In this document: piece after piece, positions 12,441-23,500 of the stretch | How the letters are laid out: the number at the start of each line of letters is the position of its first letter | How positions within the stretch are numbered: the stretch's first letter is position 1 | Assembly (NCBI GenBank): GCA_051362555.1 | Contig: CM120641.1 | Coordinates: 31,626,401 to 31,690,400 of the forward strand | Direction: 5' to 3' | Length of the DNA stretch: 64,000 nt | From: Lingula anatina | Lineage: Eukaryota > Animalia > Brachiopoda | Notes under the pieces: model-generated | What the model was told of the DNA's origin: nothing | The model's database searches: none | Seen by the model: the letters and a program-made list of their open reading frames with translations, nothing else | Translations under genes and position numbers: made by a program

Positions 12441-14515
12441 TGTTAATCAATAAAGTTCAAAAGTTTCTGTTCACACCCAAAGGCCGTTAGATGCCATATC
12501 TTACTTCCACCAAGGCTGCTCTGCTATATATAAGAGTATTCTTGCGAGATGAACATATCTGAATCAGCACTAGGGTGCCATGTCATCAGATACCATGTGC
12601 TCACTCTGGTTGGACTTGTGCAGAACAGTGGGCCTAAGTGGACACATTTGCCAAAAGCTATTGACCTGTCCAGAGTTGCTCCAGTGTGCATGTAGGTGCA
12701 GATGTAGAGGCTGACAATGTGCAAGGGCAAAATGCACTGTATATTGCACATACAAGGGAGAATTAACTATTATTATTATTATTAACTATTGCAAAGTTTT
12801 ATAAAGAGTCGTAAGGTGATAAAAGCATGGAAATGGCTGGTTACTAATTTTGAACATGCTGCCTTAAGTATCTGCACTGGCAATTTATTTGATCGGATGT
12901 GTGTAAACACACAATTGGTTCAACTTACTGGATTAAAAGTATGAACATCTTGCTCAAAAGTGTAGTTCTTAGCTAGTATTATAGATTTGCCTTACTTAAT
13001 AGACTAACGCAACTTTAAATGCTTGTTGCTAGGGTAATATGCTGCCTAGCAATCGTGGCTAAGGTTAATTTGGGTTTTAATTGCCTTAAAATAGTCTAGT
13101 GATAGTTCTGATGCCCTGAAACATAGTTATTAGCATTTATAAACTTTTTAAACTGGACAAGAAAGGTCTAATTAGCTTGTTACTAAGGAAATTCACTTCC
13201 ATAGCAAAGGTTGCTAAGCAACGCTTGGAAATTTTGGGCACTGCCCTTGAAAATGATCAGCATAGACCAAAGAACAATTGTGCCAAGTTTCATGCTTTTT
13301 CCACATTTTGAGCAATTTGGCCAAAATATAGCACCAGTCATCCAGACTACCAGTTTAAAAAAGACAATATGTGGCCAATCATTGCTTGTGATCAATATTT
13401 TGATTGCTTTATTCTTACATGTAGTGTTGATTGAAAGAAGAATCTCACAATGACTTGAAGATAAAAGATGTTCATTTTTTATATGAGCCCCTGCCTAAGA
13501 CAAGCTAATTATTCATGGTTGAAAAGACATGAATATAAGGTAAGATATATTTGAAAATCAGCTTGTCTGAGGGTTGGGCTTGATATCTACTCAAACTTAA
13601 TAGGGAGATTTTCAGTTCATATGCTAACAGTCGGCCATGTTTATTCCTGCCATGAAGTAGCTGCTACATGCTTACATACCGTAGGATGGCTAGACAGATA
13701 AAGTGAATCTTATGTAGAAAATGAACAACTCCAAAAAAACGTAGGTCTTTGAAAGGAAAACAGGGGTTAGAGTCAGTAAAATATTTTCAGTTACAACAAC
13801 AACAAAAAAAATCCTTTTCATGTAATGCATGCTAAAAAAAAAAAAAAAAAAAAAAGGAACGAAGAAAAATATGGATAATAAATAGAGTCCAAATACAGTA
13901 AGTATATCTAACATTTAAACACTTGGTATATCTTTCAATTTTCCTAGCCATGCTGTAGGGTGAATTTATCTTATTAAAAAACAAGGCAGCAAACCTGTCA
14001 AATGTACAGACAAAAAACAGAAAATAAAGATGCAAAATAGGTCATTTTGTCAATTTTGATGCAATAATAAATAATGCTTATAATAGCACTGTCAGTCAAC
14101 ACTGAATTTTAATCATGCACAACAGCTAGGTAACATGGTCAATAACAGGAGTGGACCCAGAGATATTTTCTGACAGTATTCCAAAGAATCTATATTGATC
14201 CATCTTCCATTTTGATGGTCTTCCAACAGAAAAAATAGATACCAGTCAATATAAACTTAAAAACCTGACCATCTTCCGGAAGACCCAGAAGATGGTCTCA
14301 ATCCACCCCTTCAATAAGATTACAGTTTCAGGACCATGAGAGTTCAAATTCACACGATGAAAGTCCCAATATTTGAAAAATTATGACAGTGCATAAAATA
14401 ACATTACATAATGTTTAAAGATATAAAAACCAATACAACTGCTTATGTGGAAATACAGAAAATACAGAAAATGTGCAGATGCCAGTGTTCGAGAAAAAAT
14501 TAATAAGGAAAACAT

Positions 14516-15043
14516 TGTAATGAACCTTTTACATATACCTATGACGTATGTCCTAAACTTATATAATTTTGTACGCTTAATTCAAGCGTGGGCTCGAAAT
14601 AGGACATTACGTTTTAGACTAACTTAGTGGATAACGCCATCCGAAGACTCCACGGTTCGTGTCAAATTTACGTAAGGTCGCGCAAAGAAAACCCAAGTCC
14701 ACATAATGACCAGTTAAATGATTTATTCGTTGACGCTAGGTAACTACATATTCTAAGTGAAGCCTCCAACTCTTAACCCGTCAGCTCCGTACTCCGTCGC
14801 TTCCAATCTCCTCCTCCGCTGCTTCCTTCTACATGACTCCCGTATATCTCCCCAGGTATTGCTTATATCCTTATTCCTTATCTACATGTATGGTCTATGA
14901 CGCAAACTTTAACTACCTTTAATTGCATATTTAATTTCTTTACTTCGGCGTCATGCACAGAGACCGCCGCATTACTTAAGAGCTATCCGACTATAACACA
15001 TTACGTCATACGACTTCGTATGATCTTTATGTCGGACCCGACA
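14516..15043 (-). mobile_element. Solo LTR (Gypsy-like), 528 bp
   Basis: TG...CA termini and 4-bp TSD ACAT (14512-14515, 15044-15047). Absent from the paralogous site near 31885. Minus-strand TATA-like (about 14865) and AATAAA (about 14722) signals. Confidence 0.8.
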
Positions 15044-15052
15044 ACATAACAA

Positions 15053-15283
15053 AACTAGAAAAGCACTCTGAGAGCGCAGACCTCTGCCAAGGCAGCAATT
15101 TTTGATTATTATTGATTATTGATGGATTATCGATCCAAACCACCACTAAAAACTAATCATTGTCCTCCTTGACCCACTTCTGACAGTTCCTGAAAATTTC
15201 ATCAAAATTGGTCCATAACTTTTTGAGTTATGTTCATGACAGACAAACAGGGGTGAAAACATAACCTCCTTGGCAGAGGTAAA
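15053..15283 (-). mobile_element. Short HINE (family C)
   Basis: Minus strand: TTACCTCTGCCAAGGAGGTTATGTTTTCACCC..GTTTGTCTGTC ... CCTTGGCAGAGGTCTGCGCTCTCAGAGTGCTTTTCTAGTT (subTIRs plus 3' hairpin). Inserted in an A/T run without TSD and absent from the paralog. Confidence 0.8.
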
Positions 15284-17649
15284 TATAATTCCAATGAAGC
15301 TGCTATTCAAACTTTTAATCTTTGAGTTTGATATATATATATATATATATATAACTTATTTGCAATATTAAACAAAATTTACCTGCATAATTATCACTGC
15401 TTCGTTATTATTAATCTAGCAGAGAGCTTAACCTTTGGGAGTTTACAGGGAAACATCAACAAGTGTGCTTTATGTAATCTCATTTAATGGCCTATTAATT
15501 AGGCAAATTACTTTATAACTCTGAAATTAGCCTAGTGATACCCAAGGAAAATTTACAGACTGACCCTCTCAAAGGTTTTCAGGCCCATAAGTCACACCTT
15601 AAGAAAAGCACAAAACAATAATGCACAAAATAGGAGACTACCAATTCTGATGCAATAATACATTATGTTTAACTGCACAGTCAACATCAAATTTTAATTA
15701 TGCACAACAGGTAACACCGACGGAAGTAAAAGCATAAGGCTTCAGGCCCATCAGAGTTCAAGTTTATACTTAGAAAGTGCCAGAATGAGAAAAATGAAAA
15801 TTTCACAAAAAATGCATAAATTTAATAAAAATGATAATCTCATAGAGCTGGTTTGCTAATATGAGCTGTATGTCAATCCTAAGAATCATTCTTGTAAGAC
15901 TAGTTGTAAAAAAAGAAAGTAACAGCTTTCTTTCCATAATGTTAATGGTGGCAGTGCACAAAGTAGGTTTTTTGTCAATTTTGATGCAACATTACATAAT
16001 GATTAACTGTATAAATACCACCAATTTTTAAATATCTACTATTAAAAACATGGACATTAAGAAAATTTGATTACCACTGGGCTTCATGCCCAAGGGAGCT
16101 CTAAGTCCCACATTGAAATTTCCAGTATGTGAAAGATAAAAAATTTTCACAAAAAAAAAAAAAAAAAAACTATAAAGTCCAGAAAATTAACTAATGAGAC
16201 AGATTTTCCAACTGAGGCTGTATTTCAGTCCTATGTTTCTTTCCTTTAAGTGTGAAAAGAGCAAGTGACATGGTTTTCCTTTCACGGTCACTACGGAGGC
16301 AGTGCCCAAAATAGGGTTTCGTTCAATTTTGATGCAATATTACACAATGCTTAACAGCATAATAACCATCAGTTTTTTAATGATAAAATAAAACTATCAT
16401 GGTATTCAGAAAATGTGTCTAGCCCATAGAGTTCAGAGTCACACTTTGAAAATCCCAAAATCTAAACAAGAGAAAACTGTATTGAAAAGAGCTTATTTCC
16501 ATTTTCAACACCTTTTTTACATAAAACAAAATAATCGATTTACTGTCATATTTATATGATCAATTAAAAAAATATGTTGTCAAAGGAAATATATCAATAG
16601 AACAAATTTAAATATCCAACTTGCTCCATTCTGAGATTCTTAACTAAGTGAATGATTGAATATGACTAACTGCAATGATATGAGTTCCTTTCCATTTTTG
16701 ACACTTTATTACACAATGCACAATAAAAGGTGTACTGTCATTTTTATATAATCAACTAACAATATTGTTAAGAAGCAGAAAATGTCAAAACAACACTTTT
16801 TCATATCTAATTACTTCCATAATGAGACTGTCAACATGCCTAAGAATTAAATCTGAAGAAAAACCACTTATATACAAAAGGTCTTAATAACTTCATCAAA
16901 ACTTAACTGATCAAGTTTGAAAATAAGCTTGATCAGTATACTAGTCAGACTGATCACTCCTGTGAGTTTCAAGACAAAAGGCTGATTGGTTTTCCTTAAA
17001 ATGCGTTATCAGTGTTGCATATATGCTGAATAATGGAAAAAACAGCATAACTTTAAATTTGTAAAAATAGTCCAATCAAGCCAATTTTCGAACTTGACCT
17101 GCGTATTATTAATATTCATCAGTTCTGTAAGTTTCAAGCCAAAAGGTAAAATGGTTTACCACTTATCATGTTATCGGTGCTGCATATATGCTGAAAAAAG
17201 TGAAAAAACAGCATAACTTCCCTAAAAATGGCCCGATCATACTGATTTTTGAACTTGACCTGCGTATTATGAATATTCATCAGTTTTGTAAGTTTCAAGC
17301 CAAAAAGTAATATGGTTTTCCACCTATCGTGTTATCCGTGCTGCATACATGCTGAAAAAAGTGAAAGGGGGGGGGATGGGGAGGGGGGTTTTGTGTCATG
17401 GCTAAAACGAATGTAACTTGTTCCCCTTACCCTGACAAATGTCCGAAAAAGGTTATACATGTACCTGTCCAAGCACTTAGTGCAAAAGGTATTAACAAGG
17501 GATTTTATGTTGTGAACTGAAACATCTATACCTTTAGTGTACTTTCTGACATAAATATTGCACCAAGAATAAAAAATAGTTTAATGCTTTTTTTTACTGT
17601 CTGTGTGCTGCATTTTTCCCTTCAGTGACAAACGAACTAAAGTCGCGCA

Positions 17650-17652
17650 AAA

Positions 17653-17683
<31 letters not shown>

Positions 17684-17684
17684 A
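17650..17684 (+). repeat. (AAAT)n microsatellite
   Basis: About 8 direct units. Confidence 0.9.
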
Positions 17685-18054
17685 CGCTCTATACAGGATA
17701 TTATAATGTTTTTTTTTTACAATGTAATACTTGTAGGAAAAAAATTTAAAGAACAAAACCCATAGATCAATTTTTTTTAAGTGAGTAAAACACTTCCGCA
17801 GCTGAAGCTTTACATTTGTGACAGTAACGTATGTTCCCTTTTTTTTTTTTTTTTTTTTTGAGAGGGGGGGGGGGTTAGACGATGAATTGTTTTTTATTAT
17901 TCATGGTTCTGATACGAATTTCTTCATGTGGGATCTTAGAATTATTAAACATAGTTTCTCATCTGTGCACCTAAATATTTTAAGTGCACGCCTGCCACTT
18001 CATTCGCACCTCTATAATGGGTTTGGCTGTTGAGTATTTTTGTAACATTTATTA

Positions 18055-19758
18055 GGGGAGACCGGGGCTAGTTGGCCCAGTTAGACACTTTTAGCTTTGT
18101 AGAGCCAACTTGGAATCAGTTAGAGTAACAAAACCGGTTTTAAAGTAAGCCCCATGAACTACGCTACGTATGCATCGTCATTATTTTTCAAATATAATGC
18201 CAGATGGCTCACAATTTGACAAAAAACGCAGTTGACGTCAGGGGGGGCAACTTGCCCCGCCAAGGGGCAAGTTGGCCCCAGTGTCGGGGCAAGTTGGCCC
18301 CCTATACAAAAATGAAGTAAATTTACCATGTAAACGCCTTGAATTCACCCTGAGCTTCAGAGCTAACTTGACACTAATCTTTTCACTGTAGCCTATCTCC
18401 ATCGTGTCAAGTAACCTCTGACCAGATTCGATTGCCTCCGCCGCCCGCCAATCAAATTTAAAAGCCCGCACTCAATGACTCATTAAACGATCTAGCCAAT
18501 GAACGCGAACGAGTCAAAGCGCGCTTTGTTCAAATCCGGACCAATCAAAGATAAGGCTGGATATCAGGGACTTGCCGTAACCTGTGGGCAGCACGCAAAT
18601 AACATCGTCTCTCAGTAGATAATGATGCAGGGCCTCAAACTGCTAGACCCTATGGTTTCAATTCCGATTTACTCATATTTTGCAAAGAATCAAGAGATAA
18701 CTTAACACATTCTTTTTCGTAGTCACTCGCCTTGCTTTCTTTGTGTACGGTAATACACTCGGAACTACTCGGATGTCTCCGCACTCGACAATAACTTTGT
18801 TGTTAGTATGGAGCTTGCGGAATCAGCCGAGGATTACCGATTGACGGTCAACCAATCAGCGTTTTCACCAAACTTTGGTGAAAAATTTTGAAACATGGAT
18901 TTGATTGGCTTATATAAACTAGGTCAAACTATTTTCGTCAGAGGTTACTTGACACGATGAAGATAGGCTACAGTGAAGAGGTTAGTGTCAAGTTAGCTCT
19001 GAAGCTCAGGGTGCTTGAATTACATTTTTATACATTTTTAATTTATCAAATTGATTTTTGAGAGTCTATGATGAATAAACAGTTCAAATGAGGCAGATTT
19101 ATTGAGGTTTCCGTACGTCACGTTGTAGGGGGGTATGTGTTGCAAGAACCAAAATATCTATCAATAGAATTGTTTTTTTTTAATAAAGAATAAATTAATA
19201 ATGGTTTAAAGCAGGTTTTTAATGAATGAAAACGAATAATAAATTTTCGTTTTAAAAGAAAGGCACAAATTCTGTTTTAAACCATCGAGTTTGTTTTAAC
19301 AATGGTCTCTAGCTCTGTTGCGCGCAAAGGTTTGTGGGTAATATGATGGTCCAACTTGCCCCGAGTCAAGGGGGCCAACTAGCCCCGGGTGCACACTTTT
19401 TATTTTAAATGATGGCAGCCATTTATGGTGCTAGAATGAGCAACGATGATACATCTCTGTGAAACTTGAAACAATGAGCTTCAGTTTGATGCCCTATACA
19501 TATATTATATTTGATCAAAAGCCTATGAAAATAGATTTTTAAATCTCTTAAACGAAACCACTTTTAGGTGCAAAAATCGCTTATTTCGACTCACCGCTTA
19601 AGTAAAACTTTTTAACGTCCGACACTTCCTTAGCATTGTAGGCTACGGTCACTTTACAAGAGTATGTGGCCAATTTTTTTTACCTAGCTCGTAGTTACTG
19701 TTTCATAAATTGACGGGGGGCCAACTTACCCCGGGGTCCAACTAGCCCCGGCCTCCCC
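18055..19758. mobile_element. TA-flanked TIR element (Tc1/mariner-pogo-type MITE), copy 1
   Basis: TA|GGGGAGACCGGGGCTAGTTGG ... CCAACTAGCCCCGGCCTCCCC|TA with repeated subterminal GGGGCAAGTTGGCCC motifs; paralog at 56463-57550. Confidence 0.85.
18346..19013 (-). mobile_element. RecQ-fragment TIR element, copy 2
   Basis: Same TIRs and interior as 3949-4617 in reverse orientation; 8-bp TSD CTTGAATT. The empty site is visible in the paralogous MITE near 57455. Confidence 0.9.
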
Positions 19759-19798
19759 TACATCAAATTGACAAAATAACTTATTTTGTACATCATTT

Positions 19799-19829
<31 letters not shown>

Positions 19830-19891
19830 TTTATTTTTATTTTATTATTATAATTTTTTTTTTTTGCTTTTATGTCTGTACATTTGACAGC

Positions 19892-20211
19892 CAGGCCCCG
19901 TAACTCACCCTGAGATTCAGAGCTAACTTGACACTAACCTCTTCACTGTAGCCTATCTTCATCGTGTCAAGTAACTTGAAGAGGTAAGTAACTTGTTACT
20001 TGACACGATGAAGATAGGCTACAGTGAAGAGGTTAGTGTCAAGTTAGCTCTGAAGCTCAGGGTGCCGTAACTCGAAAGCATCGCGCATTGCGAATAGCGA
20101 TATCACATAGAGGCTACAATCTTAATTATAAGGGGCGAGTATGGGCGAGTTATGGAATCGAGACGCTTGCGCTCGGTCGCAATGCGCAATGCTTTAGAGT
20201 TACGGGGCTCT
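19892..20211. mobile_element. PIF/Harbinger-like MITE hosting the 159-bp element
   Basis: CAGGCCCCGTAACT[insert]CGAAAGCATCGCGCATTGCGA pairs with TCGCAATGCGCAATGCTTTAGAGTTACGGGGCTCTG. Confidence 0.7.
19906..20064. mobile_element. 159-bp TIR-only hairpin derivative of the RecQ element family
   Basis: Two ~70-bp CACCCTGAG TIRs joined by a ~20-bp spacer; 8-bp TSD CCGTAACT. Confidence 0.9.
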
Positions 20212-20462
20212 GCATGCTGCCCTGTTTTCTCCCTAGATCTACGCCTTTCGGACACTAAATCCCCTAAAACAAAAAACTCAGAATATCATTTGTTACCAGT
20301 CTATAGGCACCAAGTATAATTTTGCAAAATGTCCTGCTTGTTGTTATTTGTGCATGACTCGCCCCTTTTTGCACCAAATTATTTTTGAGCGATCTTGTGT
20401 CAATGTGGTTTTATCGATGCGCAACACATGCCCTTTCTTGTGCAGTAAACAACAATACAACA

Positions 20463-20538
20463 ATGGCGGAGAAGCGAAAAACGAGCACTGGAATTATTGG
20501 AGATGACAGAAATCAGGAGTCAGATAGGCACTTTTTAG
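20463..20538 (+). CDS. TPGS1: TPGS1 coding exon 1 (MAEKRKTSTGIIGDDRNQESDRHFL)
   Basis: ATG in strong context ACAATGG; donor AG|GTATTC, phase 1. Confidence 0.85.
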
Positions 20539-23500
20539 GTATTCCTGAACACATAAGATATAACGACCTGATTCAACTATTACGTCGCCTGTTATTTGCT
20601 TCCCTACCCTCTATTTAAATTTAGATTAAATTTTGAAAACCACCGAAGGCAGCTGCCTCTTTTTAACACTCACACATTGGTAACTTGTATATTGTAATTT
20701 TTTTGAAACTAACGTTTTCATTCACAGAAAGGACAAGTGTGAACAACATTATAAAGGATATGCTAGCCAAAGTTTTAGAAAACAGGCCTGCAAACCCAGT
20801 TGTGTACATAGCAGAATAGTAAGTAACATTAGTCGTTACATACATGTACATTTACATGTACTACTTCTGTACTAGTAGCCCTGGGTCGAAATTAGAGTTA
20901 GTAGCAGTCAAATGCTGTTCGAAATTGTGAAAACGGGGAAAATGCTAACGTCTTTAAATTTTGTCGCAAAACTTTGCAAATTGGTAATGTACTGTAGGTG
21001 TAAGCTGTAAAGAAACCAATTCCTGGCATGCTGAGCCAAAAGCAAACTTCTAAATGGGCGAGGTAGGTCAAAGAATGGTGCAATATTTTCACCACCAGAG
21101 ACCTTTGCTTAAAGAGACTCCTACCGATATGAGCAAAATTGAAACATATCCCAAACTTATTCTTACGTATGTAGGTCATGATCTAAAGCAAAATTGGCCT
21201 TTGGGATGGACGACAATTAAAAAAGTTAATTGTTTCAAATTCAAGTCTGTATTGCAGAATGTCTTCTCCCCAAAATAGAGAAGATGTCAACCGCAGGTGT
21301 TCTCACGGTCTTAACCAATCAGAGTGCACTGCCTGAATTAGCACTCGTACAAGGAGAAACAAATATGGCAGAGGAGTTCCAAGTAAGTCGTTTACAAATG
21401 CATGTTAGTTACAACACTCTCCCTTCATTGTTCATAAACATGTTTGTGCCTTTTAGCATTGAAGGAATTTATTTAAAGGTGCATACAAAGTCAATTTTTT
21501 ATCACAAAAACCAACCAAATGCCAGCATAAAGTTTCAAGTAGTATAACTAAGAGAATTACCAAAAGGCATTGTTTAATTTTACCCAAAAATGATGTTTGA
21601 ACGGATTTTTCTTCTGGTATCCTAAGCTGTATGTCAATGGGGCAGGAAAGTAGGTCACGAAAGTAGGTTAAAATTACAACCAGAAATTTAGAGAAAGGCG
21701 CAGTCTAAAGGCAGCGATACAGAAACGGCGCGACTTTGCGACATTTGACCCATAAATTTCATTATTGTCTCATAAAAAATGATCGTAATGCGACCAAACA
21801 TGAGGCCAATGTCGCATAAATAGCATCACCTTTGCGACCAGGAAATCAGAAAAATACGTATATATTCAAATTTAATAAAAATCAGGAATGATCCAAATAG
21901 TTTAACAAAGTAAAAATCGTTCAGTGAGTGCGCAATATCACCTGAAACTGAGAGGGACTCAACAGCCAATCACATCGCACCTTTCAGTTATAGCGTTTAG
22001 CAACGCTTGCGAATTCAGCGAATCATGCTTCTTCTTGCATTCATCACAATTTTTCCTCCTCGCACATGGCGGAGCAAAGTGACAGTGAAACTGAACCTCG
22101 TGACCAGTCGGCTGCTTGTTTGCCTCGAAAACTTGTCAAACGAGTGTTCAATGAAACTTGGAAATCTAAATGGGCATGGCTAGAACACAAAGACAACCAT
22201 ATGTTTTGCACACTATGTGTAAAAAGCAAAAAAAAGAACGTTTTTACTGAAGGCTGTAGCAACTTCAGAACCACGACTTTGGAGCGGCATGCTTCAGCAG
22301 CTGACCATCGCCAGTCGGTACAAGATGAAATCTCAAGGTCAACTCTATCGAGAATGGTAAAAAATCAGTTTAGTGAGAAGGACAGTGCCATAATCCATGC
22401 TCTACGAACAATATATTTCTTGGCAAAGCAGGATATACATGTAGCAACATCCAAGTACCCAGATTTTGTTGATTTTTTAATACAGCAAGGCTGCAGTGCT
22501 CTTGCAAAAAGCTACCAATCCTACACTATTACCAAAGACTTTCAAGAGAGAATATACGAAGTGATTCTCCGAGATATGAGAAAAAAGCTGACAGATGCCG
22601 ACTATAATATATCTCTGTGCTTTGTGATGAATCATGTGACATTACTAGTACAAAAAAACTGAGTGTGTATGTGAGGATATCATCAGGCTGTAAACCAGAG
22701 ACCATTTTCTTAGAGAATTGTGAAATACTGGATGGGAAAGCAGACACCATTGCAACATCTGTCAAAAATCTCCTGACAAAGTTTGAAATGCTGCCTGATA
22801 AGGTAGTAGGACTAGGAAGTGACAGTGCATCGGTCAGTATTGCATAATATTATCAAGAAACAATAAATAAAAAACAACTGGTGTGAAGTTGATAAATAGA
22901 ATAAATTAAATAATGTACTGGATATATAATATATTACAAGGAAACAATTAATAGAATAAATATTTGAAATTTCATTCATGAATTTTATTTAGTCAGGATT
23001 ATAATTATTACTGTCAGTCTGTTATATTTATGAAAAATTCCAAAATATTAAATAGTTTGGAAACTTTTTAATAATGAAATAAATTAATAGTTTCAATTTT
23101 TCTAAAATATTGGTTAGTTCATCAGATGTTGATATGGAAAAATTAATTTCAATCTTTATCTCATCAGGTTATGACCGGAAAACACTATGGAGTCGGTACA
23201 AGACTAAAAAGAGAAATAAATCCACAGCTCATTCAACTGCACTGCATTGCTCACCAACTTGCACTGGTGTCTAGCCAAGCAGCCAGTGGAGTGCCATGTT
23301 TGAAGACCTACCAGGAGTTCATGACAAATGTCTACTACTGGTTCAAACACTCCGCCAAGCGCATTTGTGGACTGGCTTTCTCTACAGGATGTATTAGATG
23401 CTCCCAAGATCAGGATAAATGAAGTACATTCTGTCCGTTGGTTTAGCTTTTATAACAGTCTAGATGCATTGTATCGCTCTTGGCAATCTTTGGCAATGTT

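Larger units (their letters stand above)
9708..13349. mobile_element. Non-autonomous Academ-type DNA transposon with ~330-bp TIRs and nested cargo
   Basis: Termini TAGTCTAGATGACTGGTGC.../...GCACCAGTCATCCAGACTA; inverted arms at about 9708-10035 and 13015-13349; 3-bp TSD CCA. TAG...CTA ends with long TIRs and a 3-bp TSD fit Academ. Confidence 0.8.
13980..17365 (-). mobile_element. Helentron-associated element (HINE family A), 5'-truncated, with nested insertions
   Basis: Reverse complement of the 29860-32435 copy. Family 3' end TGTCTGTACATTTGACAG..TTTGCTGCCTTGTTT at 13980-14012; ~161-bp repeats at 17000-17365. Confidence 0.8.

Noticed and set aside
12480-12760. Minus-strand ORFs with a CP..HKSN motif suggesting a PrimPol zinc finger
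   Set aside because: Only a 4-residue match, stops nearby, and no partner exons found.
9642-13453. Paired similar ORFs (9642-9836 minus and 13211-13453 plus) suggesting duplicated genes
   Set aside because: They are chance frames in the two TIRs of the Academ-type element.
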